A stretch of 15,359 nucleotides of DNA, taken from positions 1 through 15,359 of the forward strand of contig CAXSGP010000107.1 in assembly GCA_964236955.1 (NCBI GenBank), read 5' to 3'. This document shows, piece after piece, positions 1-7,918 of the stretch. A model generated the notes under the pieces. The model had not been told where the DNA came from, searched no databases, and saw only the letters and a list, made by a program, of their open reading frames with translations. The position numbers and the translations under genes are program-made. Origin of the DNA: an uncultured Oligoflexus sp. GTDB taxonomy: Bacteria; Bdellovibrionota_B; Oligoflexia; Oligoflexales; Oligoflexaceae. Numbering within the stretch: position 1 is the stretch's first letter; each line of letters begins with the position of its first letter.

Positions 1-57
1 CCTGCGCCTGCGCCTGCGCCTGCGCCTGCGCCTGCGCCTGCGCCTGCGCCTGCGCCT
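1..57 (+). repeat. Perfect hexanucleotide tandem repeat (CCTGCG)x9.5 encoding (Pro-Ala)n
   Basis: Read directly. It runs off the left edge of the window, so the true copy number is at least 9.5. Confidence 0.97.
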
Positions 58-525
58 TTACCCAGTCCTTCAACGGTGCCGACAATTCCTGTTCAAACGA
101 TTCCCGATGGAAATTACTTGATACGTGGATTCTTCAGTGGCCGTTGTCTTGATATTCCTAAAGCCAGCACCGATGCGGGAGTGCAGGTGCAAATTTATAC
201 CTGCAATAATAATTCAGCACAGCTTTGGCGCATTACGCACATGGGTGATGACTTTTATAAAATAAGCAATGCCAATGGTCGTATTTTAGAGGTGCGGGGC
301 GGTATAATAAAATCCGCAGCGGCCTTACAAACAGCCGATTTTTCCTCAAAGAACTATCAGCTCTTTAAGTTCAATAAGCTCGGTGAAAACTTTGTGATCA
401 CGGTCAAAGGCAGCGATTTTGCAATTGATATCGCAGGAGCGGCGAGCGGTGACGAAGCTAAGATCGAGATCTGGCAAAGAACCTACATCGAAAGCCAAAA
501 GTGGGTTTTAATTGCAAAGCCATGA
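1..525 (+). CDS. 5'-truncated Pro/Ala-rich linker + C-terminal ricin-B (beta-trefoil, CBM13-like) lectin domain protein
   Basis: Frame 1 is open from base 1 ((PA)9-PLPSPSTVPTIPVQ...) to TGA at 523-525, so the GTG at 76 is not the true start. The domain at 94-525 has SGRCLDI...QIYTCNNNSAQLW and three QxW/QxF repeats (AQLW, YQLF, SQKW). Paralog of 659..1591. Confidence 0.85.
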   Translation, partial: PAPAPAPAPAPAPAPAPAPLPSPSTVPTIPVQTIPDGNYLIRGFFSGRCLDIPKASTDAGVQVQIYTCNNNSAQLWRITHMGDDFYKISNANGRILEVRGGIIKSAAALQTADFSSKNYQLFKFNKLGENFVITVKGSDFAIDIAGAASGDEAKIEIWQRTYIESQKWVLIAKP

Positions 526-597
526 TAAAAATTGCGGGTTTATCCTTTAACAAACCGTCTTGTTAGCTTGTCATTTTGCAAATCCTCATTATTTACT

Positions 598-624
598 TCA
601 ATTTTGATCCTAACTTACCGATAC
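598..624 (+). promoter_or_regulatory. Candidate sigma-28 (FliA)-type promoter for 659..1591
   Basis: TCAA-N15-ACCGATAC versus consensus TAAA-N15-GCCGATAA. Spacing is exact and it ends 34 nt before the ATG. Confidence 0.4.
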
Positions 625-658
625 GTACTAAAAGACTTTCCATTGCATCGGGGTTCCC

Positions 659-1591
659 ATGAGGATTCAGCTCACCAATCAAAAAGCGAATTTTGGTGCA
701 ATCATTAGTGCGATTTTTTTGACCGTTTCGAGCTGTATGATCCAGGATGATATTACGCTGCCGGAAGCGCTACCGCCCAAAACCGACGATGCAGGCGATG
801 GCAATTTAGGGGCCGATAAGCCGGAAGCCACTTCCGAAGCAGTCTATGAGGGCGCCAATACCCCTCCGATTATTAGGTCGGATTTGCCGATACCTCAGGT
901 CTCTTTACCGACCCCAATTTCCGATTCGGCTCCTTCGCCACCGGTGCTGCCTCAGCCGAATCAGGACCGAGCTGACACCATTCTCGATGAGCAGGGGCAG
1001 GATCCTGTCCCTGCTCCGCCTTCGATTCCGGCGACCGCTCCTGGGCCCGCGTCCGATCCAATTCCTGCACCTCCACCAGATCCGTTGCCCGTGCCGCCGC
1101 CAGGTCCGGCGCCCGTGCCGCCGCCAGGTCCGGTGCCCGTGCCGGCGCCTGCATTTCTGCAAACTCTACCCAATGGAAAATATTTACTAAGGGGTTCCAT
1201 TAGCGGCCGCTGCCTTGATATTCCTGGGAACTCCACTAATTTGGGCCTGCAGGTCCAGATTTTTGCCTGTAACAATAACCCAGCACAGCTTTGGACCCTC
1301 ACTCATATCGCTGATGATTTCTATAAAATAACCAATGAAAATGGGAATTCCCTCGAAGTTCGGGGAGGAACAGTACTGGCTGGATCCGCCGTGCAGACGT
1401 CAGTATTTTCATCAAAGACATTCCAACTTTTTAAATTCAATAAAGTGGGAGAGAATTTTGTATTAACTGTCAAAGACAGCGTTTTGGCGTTCGATACGGT
1501 AGCTCAAAGCCTGATCGATCGCGCTAAGATCGTTATTGCGCAAAGAACAGACTCGGATGGCGAAAAATGGGTACTCATATCCAAGCCCTAG
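659..1591 (+). CDS. Predicted lipoprotein with acidic/Pro-rich stalk and C-terminal ricin-B lectin domain
   Basis: Hydrophobic N-terminus ending in a lipobox-like LTVSSC, then about 140 aa of low-complexity Pro/Asp/Ala linker. The domain at 1160-1591 has SGRCLDI...CNNNPAQLW, FQLF, GEKW. By hand it aligns without gaps at 88/143 identities to the upstream paralog. Confidence 0.88.
   Translation: MRIQLTNQKANFGAIISAIFLTVSSCMIQDDITLPEALPPKTDDAGDGNLGADKPEATSEAVYEGANTPPIIRSDLPIPQVSLPTPISDSAPSPPVLPQPNQDRADTILDEQGQDPVPAPPSIPATAPGPASDPIPAPPPDPLPVPPPGPAPVPPPGPVPVPAPAFLQTLPNGKYLLRGSISGRCLDIPGNSTNLGLQVQIFACNNNPAQLWTLTHIADDFYKITNENGNSLEVRGGTVLAGSAVQTSVFSSKTFQLFKFNKVGENFVLTVKDSVLAFDTVAQSLIDRAKIVIAQRTDSDGEKWVLISKP
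1087..1144 (+). repeat. 24-bp tandem repeat x2.4 (GCCCGTGCCGCCGCCAGGTCCGGY) encoding PVPPPGP[A/V]
   Basis: Copies at 1087-1110 and 1111-1134, partial copy at 1135-1144. One mismatch between the full copies. Confidence 0.93.
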
Positions 1592-1634
1592 GACCTTTAC
1601 GGGTAACCCAAGGTAACCTAATGCAGGCTTTCCA

Positions 1635-2081
1635 TCAATTGAAAAGCTTTTGCATCGATTGATGGTCCTGCACTACGTCGCGTTTTTTTTTGCGTGATTC
1701 CCGACTCATATTTTTGATCATATCGATCAAGATAGGCAGGTTCACCGGCTTTGATAATTTTTCATTGAAACAATTCGCAAAAGGATGTTTAAAATCCTTA
1801 TCGATATAACGTGAAGATATTGCAACAATAGGTTCAATGTAGCCAGCCGCCCGAATTCTACCGGCAGCTTCGAAGCCGTTGCAAACGGGCATCTCAATAT
1901 CCATCAAGGCGACATCAAACTTCTCATGAAGTAGCACCTCACACGCTTCTGAACCATCCGACGCAATCGTCACAGTCGCACCATAACGTTCGAGTATGGT
2001 CTTCATAAAGGCTTGAATATTGAGATCATCCTCTGCCACCAATATTTTGTAGCCTTCCAGTATTTTCGACTCCGAAATCAT
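1635..2081 (-). CDS. Single-domain response regulator (CheY-like receiver)
   Basis: KILVAEDD acidic pocket, phosphoacceptor in LMDIEMP..NGFE, switch Ser in AISS, conserved Lys in SKPV. AAGGAG RBS upstream. No output domain, only a short basic tail. Confidence 0.92.
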   Translation of the reverse strand: MISESKILEGYKILVAEDDLNIQAFMKTILERYGATVTIASDGSEACEVLLHEKFDVALMDIEMPVCNGFEAAGRIRAAGYIEPIVAISSRYIDKDFKHPFANCFNEKLSKPVNLPILIDMIKNMSRESRKKKRDVVQDHQSMQKLFN

Positions 2082-2151
2082 AGTGATACTCCTTGTTCTA
2101 AGTATATCTTCGCCTTAGAACGATCCGTGATCCCGGAAGACCCTGGTCGGT

Positions 2152-2688
2152 TCAATGTGCCTTTTTTAAATTCTTGGTCGATTTTTGGGTTCGTGCTTCC
2201 AATTTGTTGAAAGCAATTTGCATTTCCATTCCGAGTTCTTTTAAGAAATCAGCTTCAAACTCTTCACGAATCTTAGGGAAATATTCTTCTTCTTCCTCTT
2301 TCACATGATGTTCGACGATTTCCTTTAAAACGGTCACTTTAGCCATATAAGTTTCGTCGTTTCCTTCTGTGCGACGAATTTTAGCTATCATCTGCTTCAT
2401 GACATCATGCTCTTCGTAAGCTTCGAGGGTCATATCCTCGTCGACATCTTTGCCTTCAGGGTAAAGTATCTTTTCTTCGATCTTGGCGTGGTATGTCAGT
2501 TTATTAGCTATTTCTTCAAAAATTGTTGTACGGACCCGATAGGCCCTGTCGCTAGTTTCCTCCAGCTGCTTGAATAAAGCTTCAACCTCACGATGCTGGC
2601 TCGTCAACAGCTCTAATGCATCCGGACCCTGCTCAAGGTCTTGATTTTTAGTGTTTTGTTCAGTTTCGTCGAGTTCTGTCTGAGCCAT
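2152..2688 (-). CDS. Hemerythrin-like (HHE cation-binding domain) protein
   Basis: DALELLTSQHREVEALF, HAKIEEKILYP, EEHDVMK and HHVKEEEEEYFP motifs. Start moved from 2739 to the ATG at 2688 because AGGAG lies 7 nt upstream and the longer start would overlap the sigma-54 promoter. Confidence 0.9.
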   Translation of the reverse strand: MAQTELDETEQNTKNQDLEQGPDALELLTSQHREVEALFKQLEETSDRAYRVRTTIFEEIANKLTYHAKIEEKILYPEGKDVDEDMTLEAYEEHDVMKQMIAKIRRTEGNDETYMAKVTVLKEIVEHHVKEEEEEYFPKIREEFEADFLKELGMEMQIAFNKLEARTQKSTKNLKKAH

Positions 2689-2734
2689 GATTAATCTCCT
2701 GGTGGACACGATGGACCGTGCATATGAGTAAGGG

Positions 2735-2751
2735 AGCAAGGGACATGCCAG
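2735..2751 (-). promoter_or_regulatory. Sigma-54 (RpoN) -24/-12 promoter
   Basis: Minus strand reads CTGGCATGTCCCTTGCT = GG-N10-GC, matching YTGGCACG-N4-TTGCW, about 46 nt upstream of the hemerythrin ATG. Confidence 0.8.
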
Positions 2752-3344
2752 TTTTTGAAACTTTCCAAAGAACTGTGCCTGTTAAGGGAGCTGTGCTTTT
2801 TTGACTAAGTGTCTCGCTTGAGAAGGCGGTCATTAAGAGGCTTCAAATATGTCAAAAAGATAAGTGAATGGGCTGTTGAAATGGATAGGCCCTTACCGGG
2901 TGCCTTTTTCAGGCAAGGGCCTTCTTTTCCTGCTCGAAATTAGAAGCGATGGTGTGTCGGATGGGATGAACGCGAAGCTATTTTAAATCCCCAGGGCCCT
3001 ATAGGGCTGCCGATCGAGCCAGTTGCCATTACCGTCCCGCGCAGCTTATGGGCTTTGATGCTTAGCTCCTATTATCCTTGAAAAAAAATGCAAAATGAAG
3101 GCAAACAAAAAATAACTGGTCAAGAGCCTCGAACCCCGATCCGATAAGTCAGGTAAGCGCCCGAAAATTGAAATGTTTTATGAATTATTTATGACTTCTC
3201 AAATCTTTACTTTTCGCCTTTTAAAGTGGCAGGCTTTGAAGCGGACTCTTTAGGCTGGGAATCAACTTTTGAAGCAAAGCTTCACAAGCGTTTCGTTGTA
3301 TTTTTCAATCGTATCTTATTTTTTGAATCGTTGGAGACGGCCTC

Positions 3345-3635
3345 GTGGATAACCGTGATCGAGCAAACGACGCGAAGGATGGACTTATGAAAGAGCTTTA
3401 TTTTATTTCAGGTTATGACAAGAAAACCGGACATGAAGTGGAAAGCTCGCCTGTCTCCAAGGATGTCTTTCAAAGAGCCTTGCAGGTCCTTGGTATCCCG
3501 CCCTACCTTGATTGCTATGATATTGATGAAAGGCTCAGCCAGGTGCTAGCCAATGAGTTTAAGATTGAACTCTCATTGGGTAAGCTGAATTATCAATTGG
3601 AAATAGCTGGCGATTACACGGCCCGCTTTCTTTAA
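3345..3635 (+). CDS. Small hypothetical protein resembling colicin E3/cloacin-type immunity proteins (alternative start ATG 3387)
   Basis: GGAG precedes GTG 3345. The core from 3387 (82 aa) has ISGYDKKT...LGIP..DCYDI...F.IEL....YQL, the same order and similar spacing as the ImmE3 pattern LTWFDKST...LGVP...GCFDV...F...ID....YFV as recalled from memory. Confidence 0.6.
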   Translation: MDNRDRANDAKDGLMKELYFISGYDKKTGHEVESSPVSKDVFQRALQVLGIPPYLDCYDIDERLSQVLANEFKIELSLGKLNYQLEIAGDYTARFL

Positions 3636-3878
3636 TCCTAGCGAGAACAGAGCGTGTTCAACAAGGGCAAGGGCGCGAAGTTTCGGTCTTAAGCTACTGA
3701 TGTGACGCATCGACATATTAAGCCGCCCAATTTGCAAGCGAATTCGGGAAGACTTTACACAGGAAAGTAACGGTTCACGAAAGAAAAAGGGTCGAAGTAG
3801 TACCCTATATTTTGTGATAGGCTATTTTTTGTGGCTGGTGGTTTCTGCTGGCCTTTTCACCTTGCTAAGAGCTTTTTT

Positions 3879-4415
3879 ATGAATAGTCCGGGCCTTGGCG
3901 TGCCTCTCGCAATTAACCCACCATCAACGCTCAAGCCGCAACTCGTCTGGCGGCGAATGTTTGCCCGAATATTCGATTGCACTTTGGTTGCAGCAGGGGG
4001 GACTTCTCTGGCGGCAGTCAACTTTCCCCGTGCCGATCCTGATATTTCCTCTATTCTGAGCGTTATGGTCGCCCTGCTCGTCTCTATTCCTATCGAGGCC
4101 TGGATTCTGTCTCAATGGGGAAACAGTCCGGGAAAAGCCTTACTGGATATTCAAATTTTAAATCCTGATGGAAACAAGCTTGATTATCACCAGGCTCTAA
4201 AGCGTTCGGCTTTGGTCTTCTGGTTTGGTTTAGGGGCCGTGATTAACTTTAATATTGCGGCTCTTCATAATGCAAGCCTCACTCTAACACGAACGGCTTT
4301 GCCTTGGGATAGAATGATGGGTCTGGAGCCGAGCGCCAAAGGAGAAAAAACGCCCTGGATTGGAGCAATCATGGCTCTTTTAATATTTGCAGTTTTGCTG
4401 TTTTTTTCTCCTTAA
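3879..4415 (+). CDS. RDD family membrane protein (upstream GTG 3831 also possible)
   Basis: WRRMFARIFD signature, two hydrophobic helices, WGNSPGKALLDIQI..PDG..L....ALKRS motif and a later WD. Confidence 0.85.
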   Translation: MNSPGLGVPLAINPPSTLKPQLVWRRMFARIFDCTLVAAGGTSLAAVNFPRADPDISSILSVMVALLVSIPIEAWILSQWGNSPGKALLDIQILNPDGNKLDYHQALKRSALVFWFGLGAVINFNIAALHNASLTLTRTALPWDRMMGLEPSAKGEKTPWIGAIMALLIFAVLLFFSP

Positions 4416-4522
4416 CTGAAGTTTTTCGATTTAAATGCCTAAGCTCGCCCATTGCGCATGACAGGGATTATCCCGTCGTTGTACACTCTATCCTGAGCCT
4501 CCAGCAAAAAAAGGAAAAAGGA

Positions 4523-5305
4523 ATGCAAACGAAATATGCGATGATGGTTTTCACTTTAGTAGGGTTAGCATTGGCCTGTGGAGGCAAAAGTGACTCCAAC
4601 CCCGACAGCAAGGTTTCACAATCACTGGCGTTTTTTCAAACGACTGCCAAGTTAGAGCTAGAAATTTGGTATGAGCCGAAGGCGGCACCGTTTAGCGATG
4701 ATGATTGGAGCATACTTAGCCTAAATCTGAATGCGATTTTTAAATATCGCAGCCAACCACCGACCCTCGCTATTCCAACCGAGCTAAGTCAAATGCATAG
4801 CTTGGAAAGTCAGAACAAAGAAAGTTGGTCCAGTTCGGAGATTTTGAATCTCGCGGCCGCTCAAGCCACGCCAGCGGAAGACACAGATAGTGCACGTTTC
4901 AAGATCATTTTTCTGAATTCATATTTCCGCGACGCTACGGGGATAAATAAAAATGTGTTGGGCGTCAGCATCGGTAATTCGCAGGTTCTTGCGATGTTCA
5001 AGCCGGTGATCGCAAGCACTGCTAAGCCACTGCCCCTTGATAAGACAGCGCAGCTTGTCGAACAGGTTGTACTTGTCCACGAGATGGGCCATGCGCTTGG
5101 ATTTGTGAATAACGGCGTGCCGATGGTGGCCAACTACCAGGATACCGCTCACGGTGCCCATTCTGCAAACAAAGACTGTGTCATGTACTGGGCAAACGAA
5201 TCAAGTGCGGATCTTAGCAGTTTTGTCGGCAAATTTTTAGGCGGTGGGGCTGAGGTACTATGGGGACCGGAGATTTTAGCGGATGCTAAAGCCGTGAGTC
5301 GGTAA
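4523..5305 (+). CDS. Lipoprotein zinc metalloprotease (zincin/metzincin-like)
   Basis: Lipobox LALAC, HEMGHALG zinc-binding motif, downstream HGAH and Met-turn-like CVMYW. AAGGA RBS. Confidence 0.82.
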   Translation: MQTKYAMMVFTLVGLALACGGKSDSNPDSKVSQSLAFFQTTAKLELEIWYEPKAAPFSDDDWSILSLNLNAIFKYRSQPPTLAIPTELSQMHSLESQNKESWSSSEILNLAAAQATPAEDTDSARFKIIFLNSYFRDATGINKNVLGVSIGNSQVLAMFKPVIASTAKPLPLDKTAQLVEQVVLVHEMGHALGFVNNGVPMVANYQDTAHGAHSANKDCVMYWANESSADLSSFVGKFLGGGAEVLWGPEILADAKAVSR

Positions 5306-5455
5306 TCTGCCGAGTCCGTTGTTTGTAATTCTTGGGAGCGATGGGGAAACCGTCACAAGTGAGATACCCCCCGACTGTCTGAAGAATACTCCATTGATCG
5401 ACAGAAATGCTCGCACGATTAGCGAGAGCCGTTGCGCAGATTCTACAATAAAATC

Positions 5456-6163
5456 TTAAAATTCAAAGTTTACTCCCGGACGAATAATAGTTGAATGTTC
5501 TTCAGTGTAGGCAAGGGCAACGAAGGCATTGAAATGTTTTCCGAATTCATATTGAACGGCAGTCGAAGCACTGACCACTTTCTCTTCGGCACTATAGACT
5601 TCATAAAAGAGGGTAAACTTATTTGCAAGTTCCCTCTCAATTTCCAAATCCCATACGACCGTTTTCTCACCTGGTCCGCCCTCTACAGGAGCAGCAAAAT
5701 TCACGCCTAAATTAGCATTTAAAACCCAATCACCCATATGCTGACCTAAAATTATATAGGGATAATAGTCAAATCTGTGGGTTCCACCGACGTTTTTGTC
5801 TCCTGTCGGAACCTTTACTTTCAAGGCGAGGAGCAAAGCAGGCGACCAACCCTTTTCTACCGCTACCATGTACGACGGTGTTATTTCCAGGTCGCCTGTG
5901 CCCTGCTCGCTAGGACCATCGTCAGGAAGTTCCCAAAGATGAAAGAAGGGCTCGATGAGAATCTCGGCACGATCACTCATTCCATATTCAAACTGTGTCA
6001 CGGTTCCAATCGCTTTACCATCTTCCGCCTGCTCAAACTCTATTGATTGAGAGATTGCAATATCCCCTTTTTTGCCAATTTGCGCAGTCTCTGTCTCAAT
6101 TGCAGTGTTGGCGAACGCCCGCGGAATCGTGATGACTAATGAAAATAGAAAAATATACTTCAC
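5456..6163 (-). CDS. Putative outer-membrane beta-barrel protein (MetA-pathway/'transporter'-like)
   Basis: Signal peptide ending in AFA, amphipathic beta-strand pattern, G.GDLEI..Y and LKVKVPTGD...GG...FDY motifs typical of this family, terminal aromatic NFEF. GAAGGA RBS before GTG. Confidence 0.65.
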   Translation of the reverse strand: MKYIFLFSLVITIPRAFANTAIETETAQIGKKGDIAISQSIEFEQAEDGKAIGTVTQFEYGMSDRAEILIEPFFHLWELPDDGPSEQGTGDLEITPSYMVAVEKGWSPALLLALKVKVPTGDKNVGGTHRFDYYPYIILGQHMGDWVLNANLGVNFAAPVEGGPGEKTVVWDLEIERELANKFTLFYEVYSAEEKVVSASTAVQYEFGKHFNAFVALAYTEEHSTIIRPGVNFEF

Positions 6164-6667
6164 TTTTATTTCCTTCGTTGCCTTGGGAGCCGCCTTGGAA
6201 TTTTGAATTTATGTATTATTACATGCATTACGTTAACTCCAGATGACTCTCCATGCGTATTTTTGTAGCGTAAGGTACTTGGGTACCGGGAGATAAAAAG
6301 TGCGTCCTAATATATTCATGCAAAGTTCATATACTGCTGTGCGGATGCACCCGGAGCCTCAAAAACACCTTAATGAACAATTGTGGATTCAAGTAGGGAT
6401 GGAAATAAAGTCTCACGACGCTTCGATGCGCATGACAAGTGCTGATTTCACAATTATAGACGAATAGAACACTCGGCAGTCGTTGACTGAATTATGAGCT
6501 AATTCATTGTCTGAAAACGAGATCTCGGCGGGCATCCCAATCTTTATAAGATCTCAGTATCTTGGAATTAACCTGCCGCATTAATTTGGGGCATGAAGGC
6601 CGGTCAACTGGCGAGCATCTGAATTATTCCGATCGATAGGCAATAGTTATTCCGAAATTTTTGCTAC

Positions 6668-7105
6668 CTACTGCTGGATAATTTCCAGGGCTTCCTCTTC
6701 GTATTCTGAAGCATTGGGGGTTTGTGGGAAATCTGGGCGCTGATTTAAGCTGGTGCTGGAGTTCGTATCCGACCTTGATTCCATACGGGTGCCGTTGCCA
6801 ACGGCGTCGTATTGATTCTCGTTTTCTGCCGCTTTAACCGCTTCTTCATCGTAAAAAACTTCAATGGTCGTATCGCTGCGACGTAAAATCGCGCTCTTTC
6901 TGCCAATTGAGGATAGGCTATAACCCTTCCATTGATCTCCAATTTTCAGGAAGGCTTTTTCACTGCCTATTTCAAGAACCGCCATCGACTTTTCCGTTGT
7001 CCCTTTTATCAAACCAATAAGGCGAAGTCCTGGAACGGCTGCAAGTAAGACACTTCCTTGCATGAAGGCAAGGAGAAGAAAGCAAGATTTAGCTTGTTTA
7101 TTCAC
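6668..7105 (-). CDS. GspC(HR)/PilP-like periplasmic protein with acidic low-complexity tail
   Basis: N-terminal hydrophobic segment, then LRLIGLI....SMAVL......LKIGD...GYSLSSI....AILRR, the pattern of the T2SS GspC homology region/PilP fold. AGGAG RBS before GTG. Confidence 0.6.
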   Translation of the reverse strand: MNKQAKSCFLLLAFMQGSVLLAAVPGLRLIGLIKGTTEKSMAVLEIGSEKAFLKIGDQWKGYSLSSIGRKSAILRRSDTTIEVFYDEEAVKAAENENQYDAVGNGTRMESRSDTNSSTSLNQRPDFPQTPNASEYEEEALEIIQQ

Positions 7106-7918
7106 GACTTTCTTCTCCTGATTAAATTTAGCAACGTAGGATTTATAGTCAAGTTAAGCAAGAAAGTATGGCTAACGGACTTTAGTCTCGATGATAAACA
7201 GAAATTCGCCAATACCTAATCTTCACCAGCCTGAACCAAGCTCTCAAGCTTGAGCAGAACGATCTTAAACGGTGGACTGATATTTTGTCTCGATGAAGGC
7301 AAGCCCGAATCAATGGCATTATTTCTCATTTACTCTTTCACTTCTGATAAATCGATAAGAAGGCAAAGCCCAGACATCGACGATCCATTCAAATTAATCG
7401 AATATTTTGCCCTTCGCACCTGTTATCGCCTAAGAACGGGTGATCGGATTTGCACGCTTTCGAAAAGTCTTGTTGTGTGGATAGATTAATGGCTTTTTCT
7501 GGTTTTGTGGGGACTCTTCGATTTTTTGCGGGGAGGGAGCAGGAACGGAATAGAAATCGTTATCTGGAAGGTATGTTTGGAAGCCATACAACGCTGGTTT
7601 TGGTTGACTCGGTCACTGCCTAGGTCTGCCTGTAAATTATTTTTATTACCCATCCCCTTCAGAATATCTTCAGGATTTCCCATAAGTCTGTTTATAGGCT
7701 AAATATGTCATATATTTCAAATGGTTGAAATCCAGCGCGGTCGTGTTTGATAAAAGAGAGATAGGAATATGAAAATAATTTGTGTGATGCTTAAAACTCG
7801 GGATGATTTTGTTCTCGAACCTACTCCGGCACTAGGAAATTTACCCTAATCCGCTGGTCGAAAGACTGGTGAAAAAAGTATGCGTAGTTGGACGTTTAAT
7901 CTATTTTTGGAGGGTATC

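Noticed and set aside
846..1302. Overlapping alternative ORFs (846..1190+, 873..1154-, 905..1162-, 961..1302-) with Arg-rich or Gly-rich repeats
   Set aside because: Shadow frames of the GC-rich Pro-repeat linker in 659..1591.
1590..1619. Two GGTAACC palindromes 10 bp apart forming a bulged hairpin between convergent genes
   Set aside because: Short imperfect stem with no U-tract. Could be a weak terminator but is not supportable.
3640..3740. GGGCGCGAAGTTTCGGTCTTAAG faintly resembles the c-di-GMP-I riboswitch core
   Set aside because: Lacks the GGCAAAC...GAAA-tetraloop stem and the closing pairing.
3848..3866. CTGGCCTTTTCACCTTGCT as a sigma-54 promoter for the RDD gene
   Set aside because: GG-to-GC spacing is 12, not the obligatory 10.
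6318..6467. 49-codon ORF MQSSYTAVRMHPEPQ...DE in the 6164-6667 gap
   Set aside because: No RBS and no recognisable motif.
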